Positions 53,070-62,308 of a DNA stretch of 64,000 nt are shown piece after piece. The notes beneath the pieces are model-generated. The model ran no database searches and was not told where the DNA came from. It saw only the letters and a program-made list of their open reading frames with translations. Source of the DNA: an uncultured Chlamydiae bacterium (GTDB taxonomy: Bacteria > Chlamydiota > Chlamydiia > Chlamydiales > SM23-39); the NCBI GenBank assembly GCA_963730605.1, contig CAVSSM010000001.1, positions 512,001 through 576,000 on the forward strand, read 5' to 3'. The translations under genes and the position numbers were made by a program. Positions within the stretch are counted from its first letter, which is position 1; every line of letters starts with the position of its first letter.

Positions 53070-55472
53070 TTACCCTTGTAGCATCACTTGGCTTGAAGTA
53101 TTGAGGTAATCGCACAGGTGGCTGGCAACAGAGAAGTTGCTCTTCATCTGCTCCTCAAACTCTGCGTTGTCATGCTTTGCCTCTTGCTTCCTTCGGCTAT
53201 CGATCTGCTGCGATAAAAATTTCATGAGAACGTCAAGCACGGTTTGAGTCTTGGCCATAGCGCTCGATGCATCCGCCATATTCATATCAATTTGATACTG
53301 AGCGAACGATGCGCCTGCCTCTGCAGCAGTAGCTATTGGAGCGAGCACGTTTGTAATCTTCATGACGAGCGGGACGAATGCGCCGGCACCCTTTACGCCG
53401 TTCATGAATTGTGCCGCTACGCCCGATCCGCCCATCTGACCGATGAGCGCGAGAATCGCCTGGAGCGCCTCCGCAATTCCTAAGAGAATTTCGTACTCTG
53501 TATTGTCCATCGGATGCTCTTTACGATATGCTTGAAGCCCGTCGACAAGGATATTGGTCGAGCCGACTGCATAGAGCGCAGTAAAGAAGCCCCGCTTTGC
53601 CGCAACCCTCACAGCATCCAGGGTTCCTTCCCTGACCATGACTTTCGCGATGTCTTTTAAGGACATACCCATCGCATCAGCCGCGGCGGCATTGCCCGCC
53701 TCAATGGCCACTTTAGTAATTTGTTTTGTGATTTGATCTGCGGTTACCCCTTCGACTTTTCCTGCGATGCTGATAATCTTAGCAGCGTCTTGGACTGCCC
53801 TTTCGGCAGCATCTTTTGCTGCGGTGATCATCGTTTTCTCAACCATCCGCTCCGCAGCGCCATAACCGCCAGTGGCGGCTTCTTTCACCCATTCAAGGGC
53901 TAGTTTAAGCCCGTTTCTCTCGAAGCTCGCAACGAACACTTTTTTAGCGGCTTGTTCAGCGGCTTTTTCGGCGGCGATCTTGAGGGTCGGCGCCACCATT
54001 TTAGACGCGGTTTCATCGATCGCTTTGCTTACCGCTTCGGTCGCCTCTTCGGTCGCTTGCTTCACGACTTGCGTGAGTTCCGTGGCAACGACTTTCATCA
54101 CGTTTTCCATCACGTTTTTCAAGAGAGCGTCGAGGATTGCTCCTCCGCCCATGGTCACAGCCATCTCCATCACGCCGACGAGCACATCCGCGACGATTTT
54201 GCTCTGTTCCGGAGTGAGTGTATGGCAGTTTTGTATCGCTTTCTCGATCGCATTCGTCAAAAGGTCCAACGCGCCAGTTGCATCGAGTACGATCATCAGC
54301 ACGGCCACGAGCATCGAGCCGATGCCCGGCGCAGCCAACGCGCAGATCGCCTCCAAAGCGTATTTGGCGACTTCCATAAGGATCTTCATGGTCTTCGCAT
54401 ACGCCATGTCTTGCGTGATCTTCACTATCTGAGCTTGGTTATTGGCTACCCCCATCTCGCTGGCAAGGCTCGTCGCCTTGGACATCACAGCTTCGTTTTT
54501 CGTCTTTTCTTTTGTCGCGTTCTGTTGTACGAGCGAAAGAAGCCCGATCACGACGACGAAGAGCTCCATGATTTCCCCGTTCAACTTCATGATCTCTTGA
54601 CTTTTCTCCGTAGGACTCAAGTTTGCATTTAAGATATCGGTCAGCTTTTTGAGGATCTGATCGATCATGGAAGAAACCTGCTGTAAATCGGGAACCAGAC
54701 AAGCCAGCTCAGGCGTAAAATCCGCCCTGATGGCCTGGATGAAACTCATCATATTCGTGGCACTCGTCTTGTTCGCCTCATCGGTTCTGTGGCGCGGGTC
54801 TCCATCCAATAAATAGTCATACCAATGGATGTTATCCTCATCGTTCGAGGCGGCGTTATATTGCGCTTGGTAGCACTTCAGGGCATCGTCTAGATTCGAG
54901 GTGAGGCTCTCCAGGGTACTCGACTCCTCGCCTTCGTCTCCGATCACTTTTTGGATCAGGGCGGAAACGTCGCTGGAATTTGCGCCATCTGGATTTTGGT
55001 TCAAGAGGCTGATTGCGCCTTCGTCTTCTTCAACTATCACTTTTTCATTGAGGGCTTTCACGAGCGCTGTCAGGGTTGTGCTAATGGCGGAGAGATCGGC
55101 GGTGTAGTTCCCCTGGTTGCTGCCGTTGTCGCCAATACCGCCTCCAAAGTCCGCGCTCATGCAATCCTTGATCGCATCAGCAAGTGCGGCAAATGGTGAA
55201 CTGCCGCCGTCGGCATCAACGCTTGCGATCTTGTCCGCCAGAGCCGAGATTGCCGCCTTGTCCGCGCTGATTGCATTGGTCGCGTCGTGGTTGACCGTTA
55301 CCCAAGTAAAAATCCACCATCCATGATGGTTTTGCAGGTTTTTCGACTGCGTCTGGATATCCTTGTTCTTTGTTTCGATCTCTGCAATCCATGTTTCCAC
55401 ATCTTTATAACGCTGCGCCATATCGTCAAGAGCTTTCTGCACATTTTGATCATAATTATTATTTACTGACAT
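53070..55472 (-). CDS. SctE/CopB-like major translocator with long N-terminal extension
   Basis: About 800 aa, coiled coils, paired hydrophobic segments (ALEAICALAAPGIGSMLVAVLMIVL; IVADVLVGVMEMAVTMGGGAIL), Ala-rich C-terminus. Confidence 0.65.
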   Translation of the reverse strand: MSVNNNYDQNVQKALDDMAQRYKDVETWIAEIETKNKDIQTQSKNLQNHHGWWIFTWVTVNHDATNAISADKAAISALADKIASVDADGGSSPFAALADAIKDCMSADFGGGIGDNGSNQGNYTADLSAISTTLTALVKALNEKVIVEEDEGAISLLNQNPDGANSSDVSALIQKVIGDEGEESSTLESLTSNLDDALKCYQAQYNAASNDEDNIHWYDYLLDGDPRHRTDEANKTSATNMMSFIQAIRADFTPELACLVPDLQQVSSMIDQILKKLTDILNANLSPTEKSQEIMKLNGEIMELFVVVIGLLSLVQQNATKEKTKNEAVMSKATSLASEMGVANNQAQIVKITQDMAYAKTMKILMEVAKYALEAICALAAPGIGSMLVAVLMIVLDATGALDLLTNAIEKAIQNCHTLTPEQSKIVADVLVGVMEMAVTMGGGAILDALLKNVMENVMKVVATELTQVVKQATEEATEAVSKAIDETASKMVAPTLKIAAEKAAEQAAKKVFVASFERNGLKLALEWVKEAATGGYGAAERMVEKTMITAAKDAAERAVQDAAKIISIAGKVEGVTADQITKQITKVAIEAGNAAAADAMGMSLKDIAKVMVREGTLDAVRVAAKRGFFTALYAVGSTNILVDGLQAYRKEHPMDNTEYEILLGIAEALQAILALIGQMGGSGVAAQFMNGVKGAGAFVPLVMKITNVLAPIATAAEAGASFAQYQIDMNMADASSAMAKTQTVLDVLMKFLSQQIDSRRKQEAKHDNAEFEEQMKSNFSVASHLCDYLNTSSQVMLQG

Positions 55473-55504
55473 ATACACCTATGATTATAATTATTTAATA
55501 AATC

Positions 55505-56161
55505 TTATACCGCCAAGACCTGGGGATGCGCCTCGGGCGAAGTGCTTTGAGCGGCCTGTCCTTCTAATGCTTGCAGCAGCTCTGCCGTTGACTGCCGTTG
55601 TTGCTCTTTCGCCATCTTCTCGATGTTATTTTGCACTGATGACAAATCAACCATGAGAGCGGCGTTTTCATTCGTTTCCTTGGCATTCATCTCTTTGAAG
55701 AGGAGGCTTAACTGTTTTACGATCTGGTTCAGGTCAATCATGCTGTCCTTCTCTGATTTGGACTTGCCGCTGCCCCCGACAATCAAGTCGATAAGAGCCA
55801 GCGCCGCATTTTTAAGATCCCCGCTTTCCTGATTGAAATCGGATTTGAGGTGATCTTGGTTGAACTTTCTCAACCCAATGTCGTTTTGCCATATCTTAAT
55901 CTGGGTGTCGCTGTATTTATTCACATTGTGGTACGTGTAGACGATATGGGTCTTTCCATCGGGGCCCATTTCATGATGGGTATCCCGGACTTGCGTCTTG
56001 GCGTTGATATGCGAGAGGTCCCACGCGATCTGGGTGGCGTCGTGGTCAATCCCGTTTTGATCGTTGACGAGTTCATTGTACTCGGCCTCCAGGGCAGCGA
56101 TCGCTTCCTCGACCGCGCTATTGTAATTTTGCGGAGGTGATATATTCGATGATGTTGTCAT
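55505..56161 (-). CDS. helical hypothetical protein, probable T3SS substrate
   Basis: MTTSSNISPP N-terminus; co-oriented directly upstream of the SctE-like gene. Confidence 0.75.
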   Translation of the reverse strand: MTTSSNISPPQNYNSAVEEAIAALEAEYNELVNDQNGIDHDATQIAWDLSHINAKTQVRDTHHEMGPDGKTHIVYTYHNVNKYSDTQIKIWQNDIGLRKFNQDHLKSDFNQESGDLKNAALALIDLIVGGSGKSKSEKDSMIDLNQIVKQLSLLFKEMNAKETNENAALMVDLSSVQNNIEKMAKEQQRQSTAELLQALEGQAAQSTSPEAHPQVLAV

Positions 56162-56329
56162 AAACCTTACTATTCCTGTTTAAACTCTATTCGCCTATAG
56201 CTATATTGTATCAAATAAAAATTATTATTTACACAAAAACCAATCCCTATAATAATTCTGTTTTAATGGGATAATAATTTATTAAATAAAAATATTTTTT
56301 ATGGCATAATTAAAGAAAGGAGTTATAAC

Positions 56330-56557
56330 ATGAGCCTCAAATACCTTGAGAACCTCAAGAAATCGATGGATGCCTCAGAGTGGAACCCCACCCTTCTGAC
56401 GAACCTCCTTGACGAGATGCGCTTTTTCTTCGAAACGCTCCGGGTGAAGCTGGAAAGCGAAGACCCGGCCATGCGACAAGCGGCTGTCGTTGAAATCAGC
56501 GAACTCCGCGCCTTTCTCGATAAGCATCCAGCGATCCGCGAAGCGTTATCCCAATAA
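56330..56557 (+). CDS. small helical protein (chaperone-like family)
   Basis: SD AAGGAG; FFFETLRVKLESEDPAMRQAA; paralog at 63813. Confidence 0.75.
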   Translation: MSLKYLENLKKSMDASEWNPTLLTNLLDEMRFFFETLRVKLESEDPAMRQAAVVEISELRAFLDKHPAIREALSQ

Positions 56558-56606
56558 TCAGCTCTTTTTCTTCCTTTTTCGAACCCTCGCGCGGTATAAG
56601 GAAGAA

Positions 56607-58127
56607 ATGGATCCAGACGACCTAACAAAAACCCTAGGGCCTCCCCCTTCTAGCGCCGAGCCTCCCCCTAATCCCGATTTTATAGGCCCCTATAAAATCG
56701 AAAGCTTATTGAAACGGGGCGGGATGAGCCTCCTCTATCTAGGCGTTAATCCTACGACCTCCCAAACAGTCGTGATCAAAGTCGTTTTGCCGAAGTACCT
56801 CAAGAACAAAGACGTTTTGACTCGGCTCCTCCGCGAAGCGAAGATTCTCAGCGTCGCTTCCCATAAAAATATCGTAAAACTTTATGACTTAGGAAGATGC
56901 GAACAAGGCATCTTCATCGCTATGGAATATGTCCAGGGGGTGTCTCTCCGCCAGTTCATCAAGACCGAATCCCTGATCCATAAGCGGGCCCTCGAAATCG
57001 TGCTGCAGATCGGCTATGCGCTTGCCCACCTTCACGCCCAAGGCATTATCCATCGCGACCTAAAGCCCGACAACATCCTCATCACCGAATCGGGCGACAT
57101 CAAAGTGATTGATTTCGGGATCTCGGAATTCGTGGAAACGGAGGACCGCTTTCATAAAACCAAAAAGAAAGCCCGGATGGGGACTCCTCATTACATGAGT
57201 CCCGAGCAAAACGAGACCCCCGAAAAAGTCTCCTATGGCACTGACATTTATTCCCTTGGAATCATTGCCTACGAGCTCTATTTTGGGCGGCAAGCGCACG
57301 GGGTCATACAAACAGCCATCCTGCCGAGGGGGCTGCATAAAATCCTCGCCAAAGCCCTTCAGGCCAATCCTGCGAAGCGGTACCAAGACATTATCGATTT
57401 CATCGCCGACCTCTCAGAGTTCCTCAAACACATCGAGGAAGAAGAAAAAAAGGCCACCCCCGAAGAGCTTTTTTCCCTGCTCGAAGAAACAAGGGCCGCC
57501 CTCCAGCCTATTGAGGCGCCAAAATGGGCCGGCATTGAGATCGGGATCGCCCTAAAAGAGGACGCCGAGGGGGGAAGCTACCTAGACTTCTTTCCATTGG
57601 TTTCCAACCGGTATGGGGTGCTATTGGCCAGCCCTGTGAAAAAAGAAGGATCAAATGCCCTATTTCTATCTTCGATGCTGCGGGGCATGGTCCGCATGGC
57701 CGCCTGCACAGTCCCAACAGAACCCGTCCCATTTTTTCTAGACACCTTAAATCGAGCGCTTTTTGCTGAAAAGCATCTCTTTGATTATTCACTCCTCCTC
57801 ATCGATTTGGAGCATGGCCTTCTCGCATTCGGATCTTCAAAACCGGGAGTGCTTTGCCACTTCCCAGAATCGGTCCCAAAGCCTCGATTTTTAGACACGG
57901 AAAACCCACCTTTAGGCAAAAAAGAGGGATCTACCTTTCTTGAGATCAAAGAAAATTGGAAACCGGGGGATCTTTTAATTCTTTCTTCGATCCAAATGGA
58001 AAGCTCCAAGATCCCTCTCGCCGCCGATCTTGTCTTGGACACGAAAAGAGTGGCCGCCAAAACATTTGACGCCCTGACAGCGGGGGGCAGCAAAGAAGCT
58101 GTTCTCATCGCCATTAGAAGGCTATAA
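56607..58127 (+). CDS. Pkn5-like Ser/Thr kinase with degenerate PP2C/SpoIIE-like C-terminal domain
   Basis: VVIK, HRDLKPDN, DFG, GTPHYMSPEQ, KILAKALQ.NP..RY. Confidence 0.88.
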   Translation: MDPDDLTKTLGPPPSSAEPPPNPDFIGPYKIESLLKRGGMSLLYLGVNPTTSQTVVIKVVLPKYLKNKDVLTRLLREAKILSVASHKNIVKLYDLGRCEQGIFIAMEYVQGVSLRQFIKTESLIHKRALEIVLQIGYALAHLHAQGIIHRDLKPDNILITESGDIKVIDFGISEFVETEDRFHKTKKKARMGTPHYMSPEQNETPEKVSYGTDIYSLGIIAYELYFGRQAHGVIQTAILPRGLHKILAKALQANPAKRYQDIIDFIADLSEFLKHIEEEEKKATPEELFSLLEETRAALQPIEAPKWAGIEIGIALKEDAEGGSYLDFFPLVSNRYGVLLASPVKKEGSNALFLSSMLRGMVRMAACTVPTEPVPFFLDTLNRALFAEKHLFDYSLLLIDLEHGLLAFGSSKPGVLCHFPESVPKPRFLDTENPPLGKKEGSTFLEIKENWKPGDLLILSSIQMESSKIPLAADLVLDTKRVAAKTFDALTAGGSKEAVLIAIRRL

Positions 58128-58138
58128 GAACCTGTACT

Positions 58139-58303
58139 CTCGACTTTGTACAATTTTGTGACGGCATCTCCGAGAGAATCGCTGGCCCTTTTTTCCTTTT
58201 TTTGCTCATAAATAGTGCCTTCGGCTATGAATTTCGCAAAAAAAGAAAAAAATTGCAGAGCGCTTCCTCTGGATCTGCTCGCCAAAAATTGTACAAAGTC
58301 GAG
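58139..58303. repeat. palindromic element family F, copy 2 (inverted)
   Basis: Reverse complement of 32501..32665. Confidence 0.9.
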
Positions 58304-58567
58304 GTACTAAAACGCACACTACCTGCCTCTTACCCTCCGAAAATATTATTTCTCTATTATTACTTTGTTAAGTTTGTGTATGCTTCCCTTCGCACTAAAA
58401 ACTGGAACTCGGATAAAAAAAGGAGATAAATTAAGGAGCGATCATTGGCGGTGTTGAAGGAACGATCCTCACAGCTCTTACCGCTCTTGGAATCTATGCC
58501 GCTAGAAACTGTGCGAGATCCGGTGAATCGCAACCTTTATTGTCGGAACAGAATATTCAACAGGTCT

Positions 58568-58599
58568 AAAAGAAAAGGGCCGCGGAATTCCGCGGCCCT
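58568..58599 (-). terminator. intrinsic terminator
   Basis: AGGGCCGCGG-AATT-CCGCGGCCCT with a T-tail on the minus strand, after the SctB-like gene. Confidence 0.8.
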
Positions 58600-58624
58600 A
58601 AAGGAAAGAAGAAAAAGAATTCGA

Positions 58625-59917
58625 TTACGCTCTGGATTGCGTTTGAGACGCAAGGGCCTGAGCGAGAGCCTGAGCCGTTTGCCCCATCTCCTGCTGCTTA
58701 GCCTGAGCCTGCTGAGTCCCCTTTTCTTTGACGTCCCCTGTCGCCTGATTGGTTTGCTGGTTCGAGTCGCTGATTGTTTTTTGTTTCTGGGACTCGATCT
58801 GCTTTTCAGACTTCGTGAACCCGCCCAAAGCTTGGCCGCCAGTCTGGCCCCCCTGGGAAATCTGATTCATCAAGCCTCCCCACTGGTTCTGCGCACCTTC
58901 ACACTGTCCGCGCTGATTTTGAAGGCTTTCGATCCATTTATCGGCCTTTTTCTTCGCAGCGGTTCTCTCACCTTCGTCGAGATGCTCTGCGGCTAATTTA
59001 ATCTTCTCATCCCTATCTGCTTGAGCCTCTTGAGAGAGATTGCCGCCATTCTCGTCCTTCTTGGACTTGTATGTTTTAATGGCGTCCTTGGTCATGGCCT
59101 TTTTGAGAGCTTCACTCTTTGAATCCAACCCGACCTTTGTCTCGACTTCTACTTGTTGCTGCTGCACTTCGGCCTGCGCATTTGGGGCCGCTTGGTTTAG
59201 GAGTTTTTCGCTCCCGTCTTGAGCCACGAGCTCTGCCTTCGTTGGCTCATTCAGCATGGCTCTATAGCTTTCCGCATTTTCCAATTCCAAGCTGATTTTG
59301 CCGTACTTGTTCTGGAACATCCCACCGCCTATCTCAGAAGTGCATGAGACGGAATTCCTGATGAATCCGCCCACCGAGCCAAGGAGAGAGAGGCCGCAAA
59401 CGGCGCCGCTCACAGCAAAGCCGATCGCTTCGTTCCTCATTTGATCTCCTTGCGCTTGGGCCGAATCCATCCCGGCATTTACCCAAGATTGGATAAGCCC
59501 CGGTTTATTATCTGTGCCGATCATCGCATTGGCCGAATATACCGTCACTTGGTAACCCTGCTGAGCCATCTCGTTCAAATATTTGATCATGGCGAGAAAC
59601 GACGCGATGATCGCCGCTCCGTAACCGGCGGGAAGGAGCGTTGGGTTGATGGGTGCGGCCGATGTTCCGTTTGTGTCTTTTACGTCAGTCTCTACCGACT
59701 CATTTGACAACTTCGCTTTGGCATCTACTTGCAGAGATAGTTTCAAATCGATTCCTTCTTCTTCGCCGTCCCCTAAAGCGCTTCCCTGCCCTTCATCGGA
59801 ATCCTCATCGTCTTGAGGAAAAGCATAGACGGGCGCCGTCTCATGGGAGCTTGTTCCATTACCCAATGGGTAAAGAAGAAGAGCGTCGGTATTTAAATTT
59901 TCAGGTCTGATTGACAT
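58625..59917 (-). CDS. SctB/CopD-like minor translocator
   Basis: SAQAQGDQMRNEAIGFAVSGAVCGLSLLGSVGG single hydrophobic segment; Gln/Ala-rich amphipathic C-terminus. Confidence 0.6.
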   Translation of the reverse strand: MSIRPENLNTDALLLYPLGNGTSSHETAPVYAFPQDDEDSDEGQGSALGDGEEEGIDLKLSLQVDAKAKLSNESVETDVKDTNGTSAAPINPTLLPAGYGAAIIASFLAMIKYLNEMAQQGYQVTVYSANAMIGTDNKPGLIQSWVNAGMDSAQAQGDQMRNEAIGFAVSGAVCGLSLLGSVGGFIRNSVSCTSEIGGGMFQNKYGKISLELENAESYRAMLNEPTKAELVAQDGSEKLLNQAAPNAQAEVQQQQVEVETKVGLDSKSEALKKAMTKDAIKTYKSKKDENGGNLSQEAQADRDEKIKLAAEHLDEGERTAAKKKADKWIESLQNQRGQCEGAQNQWGGLMNQISQGGQTGGQALGGFTKSEKQIESQKQKTISDSNQQTNQATGDVKEKGTQQAQAKQQEMGQTAQALAQALASQTQSRA

Positions 59918-59948
59918 AGTTCACCTTGTTATTTTTTATATGTTAATT

Positions 59949-60521
59949 TTATACACTAATTTGAGCTTGTACGCTGGATCCATTCGAAAGGAGTCCCATC
60001 ATAGAGTCGCCGGCGTTCGTTGCGGGCTGCCCTGCGGAACTTGCGTTTTGCAGCGCACTCTGGCAAGTTTTGTTCTCTGCATCGCCCGTCGAGGTCTCCT
60101 GTCCAGATTGCGATTGGATCAAGCTCGAGTACTGAGTGATCATTCCATTCCAGACCGTGAGGATGTCTTTATCTTTGTCAATTGTGCTAGATCCGATGAC
60201 CCCTTGCAATTGCGAGATCAAATCCATGCTCCACATAGGGAGGGGATACTTTTTATTTTTTAGGCTGTCAAAAAAAGTATGAAGCGCTTGAGATAAGACT
60301 TCATCGTTGATAGGGTCTTTGGCTGCACTTAGAAGTTTGATGATGTCCGTTTGCAAGACGTTCTGCTTGTTCGGATCCGAATTCGCAGTGAGCCAAGCAT
60401 CCCCGATGTCGAGGGTGCTCTTGCTCCATACATTCGCGTTCGCGTTATCCGTAACCAGCGAATTGCAGTTCGTATTCAGAACTTCACAAACCGCGTTAAT
60501 AAAATTAGATATTGAACTCAT
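59949..60521 (-). CDS. S/N/Q-rich helical protein, probable T3SS substrate
   Basis: Tightly packed operon member. Confidence 0.75.
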   Translation of the reverse strand: MSSISNFINAVCEVLNTNCNSLVTDNANANVWSKSTLDIGDAWLTANSDPNKQNVLQTDIIKLLSAAKDPINDEVLSQALHTFFDSLKNKKYPLPMWSMDLISQLQGVIGSSTIDKDKDILTVWNGMITQYSSLIQSQSGQETSTGDAENKTCQSALQNASSAGQPATNAGDSMMGLLSNGSSVQAQISV

Positions 60522-60524
60522 GTT

Positions 60525-60971
60525 TTAAATCTCCATAATGATTGATGATGTGAGCGCCAGCAACTGAATCATTGGGCTCTCTAACCTAAATACGTCATCC
60601 AAATTTTGACCCAGAAAGGAGGCGTTCGATTTAATCGTTTCTATGATGTTCTGAACATTTCCCGTATGCAAATCGGCTTCCTTTTGGTCGAGGTCCTTTT
60701 GCACGTTGTCTTGCGCGGCAACCACTGCCATGTGGGGCCCTTGTCCCTGGTGAGGTTTACCCGAAACCCACTTATCCTCAACCTCGACAGACGCCGCCGT
60801 GTCGTTGGCGTAGTTCAAGGAATCCTCTGCGATCTGCTCCATATACGTCTGATTCAAGGTCGAAATGCTGGGCGCTAGTTTGATCGCTTGCGTCGCTGTG
60901 GTCATCTGCGCGCTAAGGTTCGCGTTCTCCTGCTCTCCAATCCCTGATGCAATCCTAAATAAGCCGCTCAT
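60525..60971 (-). CDS. helical protein, probable T3SS substrate
   Basis: Tightly packed; C-terminus resembles that of 59949..60521. Confidence 0.75.
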   Translation of the reverse strand: MSGLFRIASGIGEQENANLSAQMTTATQAIKLAPSISTLNQTYMEQIAEDSLNYANDTAASVEVEDKWVSGKPHQGQGPHMAVVAAQDNVQKDLDQKEADLHTGNVQNIIETIKSNASFLGQNLDDVFRLESPMIQLLALTSSIIMEI

Positions 60972-60975
60972 CTGA

Positions 60976-61785
60976 TTATCCTTTTGATAAGTTTTGAATG
61001 AGGGAGTTCGTCTCGTCGAGCAGGCTCTTCATCAATGAGCCGAGGAACGACTGCCAGTTTTTCACCATCCCTGTTACTTCCGATACTTCCTGGTTCAACA
61101 CCGCGCTGAAGTTCTGGGTGACCGAAGTCAAGGTCGTGCCCGTATCGGTAAACGCCTTGTCTGCGTCGACCGCCTTGTCTGGGTCGTCCTTCTCACCCAT
61201 TTTGTCGATCATGTCCTTGAAACTAGTCAGGGTTCCATTGCCTTGTGGTTGCTTGTTGTCGTCCGTCCACTTAAAGTATGTTTCGATATTCGTCTTATAA
61301 GCCTGCAGCTGGATGATAATCTGGTCTTTCGTGTTATTGAACAAATTCCCTACTTTCTCATCGTTACTAAACTTATTGATCAACTGGGTGATCGCGCTCA
61401 TCGCATAAGGGATCTGGTCTTTATCCGCGACGCCGCTCGTGTTGTTGATGAGGTTTTGGATGTCGTTGGCAAGCGCCGTGTTGCGGGCGTTGCCGGACAT
61501 TTGGTCGGCGAGGTTCGTCGACTGGTCGTCATAGAGACCTAAAATGTTATCGTGCTGCTTCGGCTGGGTAGCGGTCGCGATCCAAGTGAAAAAGTAAAGA
61601 AGCGCTTCCTCGGGAGTGTGCGTCTTGATAAATTGGCTAAATGCTTCGACGTGCGCTTTATATGCGCTTTGGTCGTCTGTGTATTTCCCAGTATCGTCAT
61701 GAAACTGGTTAGCGCCGTCATTAAACTTGTTAAAATCGGTGTTCCACTGATCTTGCCATCCTTTCTGATTACTCTGTATTGTCAT
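60976..61785 (-). CDS. EspA/SseB/Bsp22-like filament or tip candidate
   Basis: C-terminus LTSVTQNFSAVLNQEVSEVTGMVKNWQSFLGSLMKSLLDETNSLIQNL has the axial-polymer pattern; the CDS is well supported but the family call is tentative. Confidence 0.5.
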   Translation of the reverse strand: MTIQSNQKGWQDQWNTDFNKFNDGANQFHDDTGKYTDDQSAYKAHVEAFSQFIKTHTPEEALLYFFTWIATATQPKQHDNILGLYDDQSTNLADQMSGNARNTALANDIQNLINNTSGVADKDQIPYAMSAITQLINKFSNDEKVGNLFNNTKDQIIIQLQAYKTNIETYFKWTDDNKQPQGNGTLTSFKDMIDKMGEKDDPDKAVDADKAFTDTGTTLTSVTQNFSAVLNQEVSEVTGMVKNWQSFLGSLMKSLLDETNSLIQNLSKG

Positions 61786-62178
61786 TTAGATCCTCATATT
61801 CTTTTTTCTTGATTTCTTCTTCCCTTTGCTGACAGGGGCCGGACCCTGAATGGCCTCGAGAGACTGCTGCAGGCGATTCATCCCCTCCAGTCCTTCTGGC
61901 GTAACATGGACCGGATTCACGATATTCTGTAAAAACCGCTGCCCTTCGATGCCGAACGATTCGGCCGCCGCATCAAAGGAATCCCACAAGGCGCGGGTTG
62001 ATGCCTTCAGTTTGTTCTCGTAGGCTTCGCCTCCTTGCTCCCCCTGATTTCGGGATGCGTAAAGGGCCATAAAAGCCTCGAAGGCCTCGCATAAATGGAC
62101 GAGGCGTGGGTTCTTAGAACCCTCTTTGATCGATCTTAGAAATGTTTCAAGTTGCTCTTTGTTCATAATCTTTTTCAC
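61786..62178 (-). CDS. small helical protein, first gene of the secreted-protein operon
   Basis: 130 aa, basic tail, stop codon abuts the next ATG. Confidence 0.72.
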   Translation of the reverse strand: MKKIMNKEQLETFLRSIKEGSKNPRLVHLCEAFEAFMALYASRNQGEQGGEAYENKLKASTRALWDSFDAAAESFGIEGQRFLQNIVNPVHVTPEGLEGMNRLQQSLEAIQGPAPVSKGKKKSRKKNMRI

Positions 62179-62235
62179 CTTCTATTTAGATATTACATGA
62201 TTTAAATTATATTTACTATATCTTTATATCCCATT

Positions 62236-62259
62236 AATAAATAATTGCAATTATTTATT
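62236..62259. promoter_or_regulatory. 24-bp perfect palindrome in a divergent promoter region
   Basis: AATAAATAATTG-CAATTATTTATT. Confidence 0.55.
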
Positions 62260-62308
62260 TACATGTTATGGCCAATCTGATATACTAACCATAAAGGATG
62301 ATTAGATT

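Noticed and set aside
15161..58303. Palindromic elements as integron attC sites or CRISPR repeats
   Set aside because: Some ends read AAC...GTT, but the RYYYAAC/GTTRRRY consensus fails, orientations are mixed, and there is no integrase, cas gene or regular repeat-spacer array.
58380..58570. Fragment GAIIGGVEGTILTALTALGIYAARNC...
   Set aside because: Looks like a membrane-protein C-terminal remnant but has no start codon and no assignable family.
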